Source: Bdellovibrionota bacterium (GTDB taxonomy: Bacteria > Bdellovibrionota_G > JALEGL01 > DATDPG01). Taken from it: DNA of 64,000 nucleotides. The number at the start of each line of letters is the position of its first letter. Position 1 is the first letter of the stretch. A model generated the notes under the pieces. That model was not told where the DNA came from and made no database searches. It saw only the letters and a program-made list of their open reading frames with translations. This document shows positions 11,201-18,515 of the stretch, piece after piece. A program made the translations under genes and the position numbers. The stretch covers positions 670,553-734,552 of the forward strand of contig OY764265.1 of the NCBI GenBank assembly GCA_963668355.1, in the 5' to 3' direction.

Positions 11201-11696
11201 CATTTCGGTCCTGAATTCTTTAACCGAATACACCGTCGTGGGAACCACAGCCATTCGGGATTTGGCCGGGAATGCTCTACAAAATCATTTCGAAAGCACT
11301 TTTTCCACCTTGGACGGAAGCTCCGACACGACTGCGCCGCGCGTTGTAACGTCCAGTCTTTCTCCGGGATACAACGCAAACAATGTGGACCGTGACATTT
11401 CAAGCATTCTCATTCCCATTAATGAAAACGTAGATCCAGACACGATCAACACGGTCAACGTCACGCTTTACGATTTGTGGCTTGGTATCCTGGAACAACA
11501 ATATGAAATTGAAGTCTCGCTGGATCCGGATCTGAATACCATTCGCATTCACCCTTTGGAACGCCTGGGGCGTCGAACCACCATTTACATACGAATTTCC
11601 GGCAATATTACCGACGAAGTCGGTAACTACTTAAATTGCAATGATCATTGTGACGGTGGAGACTATTTAAGTCGATTTACAACGGGAAATAATTAA
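8229..11696 (+). CDS. Giant surface lipoprotein with about 7 SbsA-type Ig-like (Big_5-like) repeats
   Basis: 1155 aa with lipobox LLALGGCSSS. Modules start D(N/T)xxPxV (DNVAPTVTAVIP, DDEPPYVVSSSP, DTTQPEVVDVVP, DTTAPFVTSTIP, DRDPPSVVSIYP, DYTRPTVLTVSP, DTTAPRVVTSSL) and each ends ..DLAGN.L... Confidence 0.7.
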   Translation: MSGNKKYPLYGVVFFLFLSLLALGGCSSSSESTSSTPIVLGSFYAHVDVENRSVEFYPLDETDDFSGASIRAALDENNRIDWPRYSIYTEECAEANFNETTQTLSNNFRLWNFSDEVGYGPELAFAAPLEVRLTSINEEDAFDLERISTNVGLCTNNGELILNSTYDGDNDGLFDCIGPEDTANTEDDPGWTFSDKIGTDHLLTAGEKSECVFVQWRVASPTTEFGFTFSVLGNLASAAVSTPVVDNIPAGSNPDLNTPTNQSSSDIFVEGLTGGLSDSVTIEGGLTPVTVNQNGSGSQTVSVDLIPNQINTLSITQNVGGQDSPAAIVTITQDNVAPTVTAVIPTDGSTNVDPSTYVLLTFSEPLNSSSVDTSTIRLRRGGTTITGTVTLGSNEYQVTFLPNSDLRANQDHTITVLGGASGVTDLAGNVLSTDFVSTFRTGGNGVDDEPPYVVSSSPSNNATLVPPSISPSMAVNEPLDSSSVTLSNACLIFLNPSVTLVSINGPTLSADGKTITFDPTSDLSFNTEYWMVLENGSGSGVCSGSPSGIEDLAGNNLLSQTAYSFTIAGSIDTTQPEVVDVVPANGSVGVSENVIPEVVFSEAVDPATVNTNNFQLRRDFDNTPLSVSVSLAEDGITVLIDPLDVLENDDSAYDNNGDGVEYLVSVSANVTDLAGNHLLTPATFEFTTAPAPDTTAPFVTSTIPADGNGEVPRDTDVWVEFSEPMNPVTVGTNSIIVREGGFLSCSGFGSPIAGEVELLSNQTTAHFTLSGSRLSQYRCIRIEATTDNEDIAGNSLNQTTYAYFITLGDDRDPPSVVSIYPPDDPGCSNPMPTNINIAATFDELIDGSTVTGSTFYLSPSTSSVVSMGSDLQSATLNPVNQLSTSTTYTVVLTNGIRDASSRSNRLEPAPVTSTFCTGNTTDYTRPTVLTVSPVDESTGEKLVVNVDLNFSEAIDPNTITTTSLKLRDPSSAIVPANVSVLEDGETARLNPISVLNSLTEYTVVGTTAIRDLAGNALQNHFESTFSTLDGSSDTTAPRVVTSSLSPGYNANNVDRDISSILIPINENVDPDTINTVNVTLYDLWLGILEQQYEIEVSLDPDLNTIRIHPLERLGRRTTIYIRISGNITDEVGNYLNCNDHCDGGDYLSRFTTGNN

Positions 11697-11705
11697 CCCT
11701 TGATC

Positions 11706-13283
11706 TTAAGAACTTGAAACGGTCATTGTTCTGGCTGTCCCCGTCTCTGGCGTCAAAACCAATGTGTCCCCCTCATCCGCCTCAATGAACAAATAAAAGC
11801 TTCCATCACTTTGGGTCGAAATTACATGCGTTTTATTCTGCGTTTCATTCAAAACCGTGAGAGAAATATTCGGAAGGAAGCTCCCCGCCTCCCCCCTGAC
11901 ATTTCCAGACCTCAAAGAAAGGCTTTGCATCCCTGAAAGCTCCAGCGCGCTCAAGTATGTCGTAGGAGGAGAAGTGTGAACCGTGGAAATCTTCGAAGCC
12001 AACACTTCAGGGTCTTTTCGGGAGCTAAGAAGTCCGAAATGCATAAACGTCTTGGTTTCTCCCGCCGAAAAACTGACATCGGACCATTCATACTCAAGTT
12101 TCCCAATGCAACCATCGGGATCTGAAAGATCTACCGTGAGATCTGCTGAATCCACATCCATGGGCGAGGCATCGTTTTGCCATAACGTAACCACGGAAGG
12201 AATGATTCCACCATCATCCGAGGTGATGGAAAAATCATCAGAGACCGTAAGCGATTCATCTCCCAAAAGAACGGTATTGTTCTCTGAGCCCAAGCAAGAC
12301 GTGATCAAGATGGTTGTTTCTTTTGATTCGGTGGAAAGATTTTTCACGACTTCGAGATATCGAAAATATTCTTCCGTTTCCGGAACCCAGATCTTTCGAG
12401 AAACCTGAAAATTTCCCGAAACCGTTTGGACTGGACCCAAGCGTAACTCGTCTTCATCTTCCCATTTGACATTTTCACCCGACACCTCTGGAAACACCGA
12501 GGAACCGCTTCCGGAAAACACCTCGTCTGGAAGAGATAGCTCAAACCCGCGCAAGCGATATCCAGGTTGAGCCAACTGATAATGTCCCTTGCATATGCTT
12601 CCATTGGCTTGCACGTCCAAAGTGAAATACAGTCCCGTAAGATCCACATGATCCTCTTGACAAGGATCCGAAATCTCAGGAGCGTCAAAGGTCGGACCGG
12701 CAGTTTCGACATCCGTTGCTCCATAATCTTCGATCGGCTCAGCTATTTGTTCCGCCAATTCGGAGTCCAAAATTTCATCCCCCACAAGAGAAAATACCGT
12801 GTTCACGAGAGAGGTTTGGTTCGTAAGGTCCTCTTCGGAATTTTCAGCTGCAACGCTCAAGGCCATTCCGATGTTTTTCAATTCTTCATCAGAGTAATCC
12901 TCCAGAGAAAGGCCTCCCTGAGTTTCGGTCAATTGAATCAAAGCGGACACCAGAGCATGCGTCCAAGGAGACACCAAGACATTGGAACGTGTCCCCGACA
13001 CAAATCCGCGCATCGTGGACCCATCAGACGAAATGACCTCCAACAATTGACGTCCATCCACATGCGAGGGTCGATAGAGACTCATTTTTCCACTCCCATC
13101 GGTCATCCCAACTTGCCATTCTGCAGTTTCCTCCCCCTGATCATCCACGCTGATCAGACGAACCACTTGGTAAGGCATGACTTGGAGATTTGCATCTAGG
13201 GCAAGACCTTCCACGAGAGAGGAGTTGGAACAAGCGGACAAAAGGCAAAGTGAAATCACTCCCCAGAAGAATCTTTTCATCAT
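11706..13283 (-). CDS. Hypothetical lipoprotein
   Basis: The track ORF extends to 13634 but overlaps the upstream gene. The internal start MMKRFFWGVISLCLLSACSNSS (ATG 13283) gives a clean lipoprotein signal. Confidence 0.55.
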   Translation of the reverse strand: MMKRFFWGVISLCLLSACSNSSLVEGLALDANLQVMPYQVVRLISVDDQGEETAEWQVGMTDGSGKMSLYRPSHVDGRQLLEVISSDGSTMRGFVSGTRSNVLVSPWTHALVSALIQLTETQGGLSLEDYSDEELKNIGMALSVAAENSEEDLTNQTSLVNTVFSLVGDEILDSELAEQIAEPIEDYGATDVETAGPTFDAPEISDPCQEDHVDLTGLYFTLDVQANGSICKGHYQLAQPGYRLRGFELSLPDEVFSGSGSSVFPEVSGENVKWEDEDELRLGPVQTVSGNFQVSRKIWVPETEEYFRYLEVVKNLSTESKETTILITSCLGSENNTVLLGDESLTVSDDFSITSDDGGIIPSVVTLWQNDASPMDVDSADLTVDLSDPDGCIGKLEYEWSDVSFSAGETKTFMHFGLLSSRKDPEVLASKISTVHTSPPTTYLSALELSGMQSLSLRSGNVRGEAGSFLPNISLTVLNETQNKTHVISTQSDGSFYLFIEADEGDTLVLTPETGTARTMTVSSS

Positions 13284-13309
13284 AACCCCTGAACTATAGC
13301 TTAGAACGC

Positions 13310-13939
13310 TCAAAAAACGAAAGGAACCAGGCGCCACTTCACAAGCTTTGTGTATTCCACATACTCCAAATCTTTCTTCAAAAATTCTTCCTCTTTGAGG
13401 ATTCGATAGATCACCATCAAAAAAAGAACCGCATAGAGCAAGGCGTTTCGAACGCTGAAAGCACAAATCAAAAACCCGACTCCCCCAATTATATACCCCA
13501 CATACATGGGATGCCGGATGATGCGATACGGTCCGGTTTTGACCAAGCCCCGATGGGCGGGCAACAATCCAAATCGATTCCAAATCCAGATCTTTGATGC
13601 CAGCTCGATGCCCAGCCCCGTTAATTGAAACCACCTTCCGTACACAAAAGGCACAAGTGGCACACCACTTTCCAAGTCAATCAAGAGGAAATAACAGGAG
13701 GAAAGAACGGTCACCGCCATGATGAAGGGACGCCGAACCACCTCCTCCGTTGGCTTGGAAATCACCACCAACGAAATCGTAAGAGCTTCAGCCAATAATA
13801 AAAGGATCAACCGTGTGTCCGTGGGGAAAACCAGAAAATGCTGATAGGTTCGGTGCGTCAAAAACACCAACGCGAAAACACATGAAACCTTTGAAACAAG
13901 GCTTAAAACATACGCACGTGTTGAAATGGATTCAGACAT
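13310..13939 (-). CDS. Isoprenylcysteine carboxyl / phospholipid methyltransferase family membrane protein
   Basis: Polytopic membrane protein. GLVKTGPYRIIRHPMYVGYIIGGVG...YRILKEEEFL matches the ICMT/PEMT C-terminal motif. Confidence 0.7.
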   Translation of the reverse strand: MSESISTRAYVLSLVSKVSCVFALVFLTHRTYQHFLVFPTDTRLILLLLAEALTISLVVISKPTEEVVRRPFIMAVTVLSSCYFLLIDLESGVPLVPFVYGRWFQLTGLGIELASKIWIWNRFGLLPAHRGLVKTGPYRIIRHPMYVGYIIGGVGFLICAFSVRNALLYAVLFLMVIYRILKEEEFLKKDLEYVEYTKLVKWRLVPFVF

Positions 13940-14007
13940 GAAAAAGTTCGAGAAAATTCTAACACGAAAGCGTAGTTTTTCTTGATTTGCGTTGATATCT
14001 TCCCCTT

Positions 14008-14877
14008 GTGAAATTGCTACTCACCTTAATTTTCTCAACATGCTTCTTGGCCTGTTCTCCCGACACCCAATTCTCGTCAGACCCCCTTGTCAACGCTCGC
14101 CCCTATCTTTCTGCCGCGCCGGACAACTATGATGGCAGTGTTTCTCTTCCATTAATTATTACATTGCATGGATCGGGGGAAAGCGGGCTCACTCAAGGTG
14201 AGGTTTCTGGGTTGGAAGACTTGGTCAATGAAAAGCAATTCATTTTGGTGGCTCCCGATGGTTTGGAGATCGCCTCTGAGCTTACGGGTTGGTATTTTTC
14301 TTGTTGTGATGAAAACCTTCAAGGGGAAGATGACGTCACCTATTTGAGAGCCGTCATCGCGGATGTTTCCAGGCGTTACAACGTCGATGCGCAACGCATT
14401 TACATCACAGGGCATTCAAATGGAGGTTTCATGGCCTATCAAATGGCTTGTCAAGCTTCGGATCTTATCGCTGCCATTGCCGTTCATGCCGGCACCTTCA
14501 AAGAGGGGGAGGAACTTGAATGCAATCCAACTCACCCTGTTGCCATCTTACATGCGCATGGCACAGCGGACATCAATGTCATTCCTGAAGGGGGTTCTTT
14601 CAATTTTGGTCAAGGACCTGTCTCTTATATATCGGCAGAGGAAACGCTTTCGAGATGGCGAGAAATCAATGCGTGCTCAGACTCCAGCACCGAAGAAGAG
14701 TTTGATGCAGACAGTTCGGTTTCGGGTGAAGAAACGATTGTTCATGCGTTTGCAGATTGCACTTCCGGAAAAGATGTCCTCTACTGGGAAATGGTTGGCA
14801 GCACTCACGATCAAATGTACACCGAGGCTTTCGCAGAAAACACGGTCGATTTTCTATTTCGATTTCACCAACCCTAA
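14008..14877 (+). CDS. PHB depolymerase-family esterase (LpqC-like), lipoprotein
   Basis: GTG start and lipobox FLACS. PLIITLHGSGESG and the nucleophile elbow IYITGHSNGGFMAYQMAC. Confidence 0.7.
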   Translation: MKLLLTLIFSTCFLACSPDTQFSSDPLVNARPYLSAAPDNYDGSVSLPLIITLHGSGESGLTQGEVSGLEDLVNEKQFILVAPDGLEIASELTGWYFSCCDENLQGEDDVTYLRAVIADVSRRYNVDAQRIYITGHSNGGFMAYQMACQASDLIAAIAVHAGTFKEGEELECNPTHPVAILHAHGTADINVIPEGGSFNFGQGPVSYISAEETLSRWREINACSDSSTEEEFDADSSVSGEETIVHAFADCTSGKDVLYWEMVGSTHDQMYTEAFAENTVDFLFRFHQP

Positions 14878-14892
14878 AGAAAGGATATTGAA

Positions 14893-15204
14893 TTGGTCCT
14901 ACTAGAATTTTCCATGTCCCCTCTGGATAAGGGAGAAAGTGTCGGAGACTATGTAGCTCGCTCCATTGACATCATCGACAAAAGTGGTGTCACGTATGAA
15001 ACCAACTCGATGGGAACCGTTTTGGAAGGTGAGTGGAAAGACGTGATTGCCGTCATGACCCAATGCTTTGAACGAATGCAGGAGGATTGCCATCGCATCA
15101 CGGCCACGATGAAATTGGACTATCGAAAAGGAACATCCGGTCGTATCCGCGGAAAAATTCAAGCGATTGAAACCCGCTTGGGGCGCAAAATTCAGCGCGG
15201 TTGA
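14893..15204 (+). CDS. MTH1187/YkoF-family thiamine-binding-like protein (DUF77)
   Basis: 103 aa. LLEFSMSPLDKGESVGDYVARSIDIIDKSGVTYETNSMGTVLEGEW matches the family pattern. TTG start follows AAAGAAAGGA. Confidence 0.75.
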   Translation: MVLLEFSMSPLDKGESVGDYVARSIDIIDKSGVTYETNSMGTVLEGEWKDVIAVMTQCFERMQEDCHRITATMKLDYRKGTSGRIRGKIQAIETRLGRKIQRG

Positions 15205-15240
15205 AGTGGCGTAACGAAGGCAAGCATATTGTAAATATGC

Positions 15241-15531
15241 TTAAGGATTTCTTCGGACACTTCCCGGAGATACCACGTATCTTTCCACTGGAAAATGCTC
15301 GTCACAAAAGAGTATGGCAGGAGCCAAACCTTGGTGATACAAATCCGCAGCTTCCAGAACTCCACGAGAAAACGTCCCGCCTAAAAGAAAAATCACATTG
15401 GAAGATTTCGGTAAATCTTCCTTAATCACCCAAACTCCCAAAGCCTTGAGCCAAACATTTCGACCAAGAAACAAAAGAAGAAGAAAGACCCCCAGCATAA
15501 GAAAAAGGAATCTTCTTTGACGAAAACGCAT
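15241..15531 (-). pseudogene. DUF218/YdcF-like N-terminal fragment (probable gene remnant)
   Basis: 96-aa ORF with a TM segment plus VIFLLGGTFSRGVLEAADLYHQGLAPAILF (DUF218-like start). The frame then ends only 36 nt from the neighbouring gene, so there is no room for the rest of the domain. Confidence 0.35.
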
Positions 15532-15554
15532 TAAAAAATGGAACGCTTAAAACT

Positions 15555-15927
15555 TAAGCAGAAGACTTGCGGTGGGCAGCCATTTCATGAAGCAAAAGGT
15601 GATTTCCATTGGGATCCGCAATCACCGCCATTTTGCAAATGGATGTCCGTCATCATCTTTGTTCTCCCAGACATCTTGGATAACCTTCACGCCCTGTTCT
15701 TTCAATCGAACGACTTCTTTCTCAATATCATCCGACTCCAAAGCGAGATAAGGACCTTCTTTGGAAAATGTTTCCACAGCCAGCGTATTTCCGTCCGGGA
15801 GAGCAAACTCCACCCACACGTTCCCAAACTCTTTTTCAATCTTCAGGCCCAAAACATTTTGATAAAAAGATTTTGATTCATCCATATTGCTTGTCGGGTG
15901 GGCAAAAAACGGGGCCTTGGTAATCAT
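15555..15927 (-). pseudogene. VOC/glyoxalase-family protein interrupted by a 1-nt frameshift
   Basis: ORF 15622..15927 ends ...DDDGHPFAKWR*. The adjacent frame reads ICKMAVIADPNGNHLLLHEMAAHRKSSA* (stop at 15555), the expected VOC C-terminus. The shift must lie around 15637-15650. Confidence 0.7.
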
Positions 15928-16064
15928 TTTAACTCCTTCGTTAAAAACGGGGTGGTCTCCATAAAGACGGCAGTATATTCAAAATCTATTTTCACTTAAA
16001 CGGCTTTCCCTCATTCGATGGCCCCCATTGTCAGGAGACCTCTTTTGCGGTACGTTGCGTCATT

Positions 16065-16655
16065 ATGTTAAAAATGTGTTGGATCGCTATTGTGGGACTC
16101 CTCCTTTTCCCCTCCCAAACCTTTTCCAAAACCTGCCCCCAGGGGATGGATTTATTGTCCCTGACCATCGGAGGCTGCGTTGACTTCACCGACACTCTAA
16201 AAATTGAGAATGGCGATTTTGTCTGGAGATCCTTTGGACATTTTTTTACGGCATATCCGCCGGGAAAACATCCCACTTGCCAAGAGCAAAATCGAAAAAC
16301 ATTTATTCAGACCCGATCCAACCTTCGATTTCTGAACGATGCCCCTCTTGAAGCCGGGCGTTCCAAATGGACGCACCGGGGTTTTTGGGAACTTCGAATG
16401 CCCTTGAATCAACTTCAACCGGGAATTTCCATTCAAGGAGACTCTTTCCTATTGGACTGGAGACCCATTGAAGGGGGCTTGCGAAAAAGCAGCGCTTCTC
16501 GCACAACGGAAGATGGAATCGGTTGGGGACGATTCGAGGAAATTTTGAATCTTTCCAACTTAGATCCATCCGGTTTGCGCATCATAGACGAACAAAAGGG
16601 AGCGCACTGGTATCAGGTGGAATTGCAATATTGTTATGACTCGGCCAACGAGTAG
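16065..16655 (+). CDS. Hypothetical secreted protein
   Basis: 196 aa with signal peptide MLKMCWIAIVGLLLFPSQTFS. No family recognised. Confidence 0.45.
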   Translation: MLKMCWIAIVGLLLFPSQTFSKTCPQGMDLLSLTIGGCVDFTDTLKIENGDFVWRSFGHFFTAYPPGKHPTCQEQNRKTFIQTRSNLRFLNDAPLEAGRSKWTHRGFWELRMPLNQLQPGISIQGDSFLLDWRPIEGGLRKSSASRTTEDGIGWGRFEEILNLSNLDPSGLRIIDEQKGAHWYQVELQYCYDSANE

Positions 16656-17221
16656 CGTTCATCACTAGGCGTTGAAACTTCCAAAAGCCCTGGAACCTCT
16701 CCAGGTCCGATGGCGCGCGCGCGGACTGACGAAAGAAAACTCTCAACCGACAAAAGCCCCATACGCACGGCCTGAGAAAGCGTCTTGGCCACCAACACAT
16801 CATTTTTCAGCACAAACGGAAAAAACGTGCGTTTTGTGAATCGCCCATGCTCTTGAACGCTTGGAAAGCCCAAGTGCTCAATGAACGTTTCGTTCACATA
16901 AGGCATATCACACGTCAAACAGAGCAAATACCGCGACGTGGTTCGCCGCAAAGCGGTTTGAATCCCTCCCAAACTTCCTCGCTCGGCTTCGTCCTCTGGC
17001 AGAATTTCCACATTCTTCCAAATGGGAACATCGCTGTACTTCACACCTGCAGGCGTCACAACGAACACTTTTTCGGCATGTGCGGAGGCCAAGGCAATCA
17101 TCCGATCCAAATACGTTCGACCGGAGGCATCCTTACGAAAGGCTTTCTCAAAATGAAGTTGCTTTCCCTTGGTCCCCGTAAGAACGACTGATGTTACCTG
17201 ACGTCTCTCATTCATCCGCAT
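16634..17221 (-). CDS. MobA-like nucleotidyltransferase (NTP_transf_3-like)
   Basis: SLGGIQTAL...YLLCLTCDMPYV resembles MobA/NTP-transferase motifs. The N-terminal G-rich loop is atypical. Start chosen at an internal ATG (MRMNERRQ). Confidence 0.45.
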   Translation of the reverse strand: MRMNERRQVTSVVLTGTKGKQLHFEKAFRKDASGRTYLDRMIALASAHAEKVFVVTPAGVKYSDVPIWKNVEILPEDEAERGSLGGIQTALRRTTSRYLLCLTCDMPYVNETFIEHLGFPSVQEHGRFTKRTFFPFVLKNDVLVAKTLSQAVRMGLLSVESFLSSVRARAIGPGEVPGLLEVSTPSDERYSLAES

Positions 17222-17306
17222 ATGACCTCCTGCGTCCATGAGAGTAGGCATCTCTCCTCCTTTTGGCAACTTGCGAAAACCATTCTGAGTATGTATTTCG
17301 CTCTAC

Positions 17307-17723
17307 ATGTCAAAAACTCGTGTCCTTTTTGTATGTACTGGAAATTCTTGCCGAAGTCAGATTGCAGAAGGCCTTCTCCGGCACCTGGCCCCAGAAAACA
17401 CCGAAGTCTTCAGTGCGGGAACCCACCCCATGTCACCAAACCCAAGAGCCATCGAAGCCATGAAAGAAATTGACGTGGACATCTCGAACCAAACCTCAAA
17501 CCACGTAAACGAGTATGCCTCCGAAACCTTCGATTGGGTCATTACGGTATGTGATTCGGCCAACCAACGCTGCCCCGTATTCACGGGAGCCAAGAATCGC
17601 CTCCATTGGAGCATTCCCGACCCCTTTGATGTGGATGGCCCACCACAAATGATCGCTCAGGCCTTTCGTGCCGTTCGAGAGGACCTAAAAACCCGCATCC
17701 AAAGCCTCATGGAACAGTTTTAG
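17307..17723 (+). CDS. arsC: Arsenate reductase, thioredoxin-coupled LMW-PTP type
   Basis: VLFVCTGNSCRSQIAEG P-loop plus VITVCDSANQRCPVF (the Cys82/Cys89-type pair). Confidence 0.85.
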   Translation: MSKTRVLFVCTGNSCRSQIAEGLLRHLAPENTEVFSAGTHPMSPNPRAIEAMKEIDVDISNQTSNHVNEYASETFDWVITVCDSANQRCPVFTGAKNRLHWSIPDPFDVDGPPQMIAQAFRAVREDLKTRIQSLMEQF

Positions 17724-17855
17724 GGCATTTCCGAGGCTTGCCGAATGAAAAAAAATGACGTATCACCCTGTTCCGCCAAAGCTACTCCGTAGCCAAGGCG
17801 CTTGGCTGGGTTTAAGGATTGAGCCTTACGACCCGCCCCTAAATCATTAAATCGT

Positions 17856-17948
17856 GGAGAGGTGACCGAGTGGCTGAAGGTGCTCGCCTGGAAAGCGGGT
17901 GATCGGTCAAAAGCTGATCCGCGGGTTCGAATCCCGCCCTCTCCGCCA
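17856..17948 (+). tRNA. tRNA-Ser (anticodon GGA), CCA encoded
   Basis: GGAGAGG acceptor pairs with CCTCTCC. Anticodon loop CTGGAAA, long variable arm (GTGATCGGTCAAAAGCTGATCC), T-arm GCGGGTTCGAATCCCGC, terminal CCA. Confidence 0.9.
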
Positions 17949-17957
17949 TACAAAAAA

Positions 17958-17982
17958 TGCCCGCCTTGCGCGGGTTTTTTTG
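17958..17982 (+). terminator. Intrinsic terminator after tRNA-Ser
   Basis: CCCGC-CTTGC-GCGGG hairpin followed by a T7 run. The flanking ccatacaaaaaa/ttttttgtatgg extends the pairing. Confidence 0.6.
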
Positions 17983-18138
17983 TATGGTTGAGCGGGTGCG
18001 GTGAGACCTGCGTGCCGTAGGCAGGGTTCGAACATGCCGATCTTTCCTAGGAAAGATCTTTACAAAATATCGGTGTCGAACCGGGAGCCCTTTGGGCGGT
18101 TCGACACACACCTCACATGTCTACGTGCGAGAGCACGT

Positions 18139-18158
18139 GAATCCCGCCCTCTCCGCCA
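18139..18158 (+). repeat. 20-bp direct repeat of the tRNA-Ser 3' end (att-like)
   Basis: gaatcccgccctctccgcca is identical to 17929-17948 and is followed by its own terminator-like hairpin. Confidence 0.8.
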
Positions 18159-18165
18159 CAAAAAT

Positions 18166-18194
18166 ACCCATGACGTAAGTCGTGGGTTTTTTTG
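18166..18194 (+). terminator. Second terminator-like hairpin after the duplicated tRNA 3' end
   Basis: acccatgac-gtaa-gtcgtgggt followed by a T7 run. Same architecture as 17958-17982. Confidence 0.5.
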
Positions 18195-18241
18195 TGGCGG
18201 GGCAGTTGGAACTTAGTTCGACTTTATGGGAAACGAAAATT

Positions 18242-18297
18242 GATTCGGGGGACACACGACTGAATCCGATTCAATTTTTTCTGTACCAGTCGTGCGT
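18242..18297 (-). repeat. Hairpin repeat family B, copy B1 (interrupted by IS110; the last 11 nt resume at 19487-19497)
   Basis: gattcgggggacacacgactgaatccgattcaattttttctgtaccagtcgtgcgt is the reverse complement of copy B2 up to the IS junction. Confidence 0.85.
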
Positions 18298-18515
18298 TGT
18301 ATGTGCGGGTATCCCTTCGAACGAAGCAGATGTAAAGGAGTTGGTAGGGATATTCCAGGGAGTTGTTGCAACAACTCCCTGGAAAGCCGGCTGGCGACCG
18401 ATCGTGTGTAGATCTTGAGGATCGCGGGGACCCAGGTACCAGTCTGGCCATCTCTTTACACTTGATTAGTTGAGAGGGCTTTACGCCCGCATACAATGCA
18501 AAGATTGGAGTCACT
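18298..18515 (+). ncRNA. Candidate bridge/seek RNA region in the IS110 left end
   Basis: 218 bp non-coding. Perfect 32-nt palindrome at 18353-18384. Short segments match the target flanks (18402-18409, 18421-18431, 18436-18444) and the IS termini (18339-18345, 18486-18496). Transcript ends unknown. Confidence 0.4.

Noticed and set aside
13284-13634. N-terminal 117-codon extension of the 642-aa track ORF.
   Set aside because: It overlaps the ICMT-family gene in another frame. The internal MMKRFFWGVISLCLLSAC start gives a canonical lipoprotein signal.
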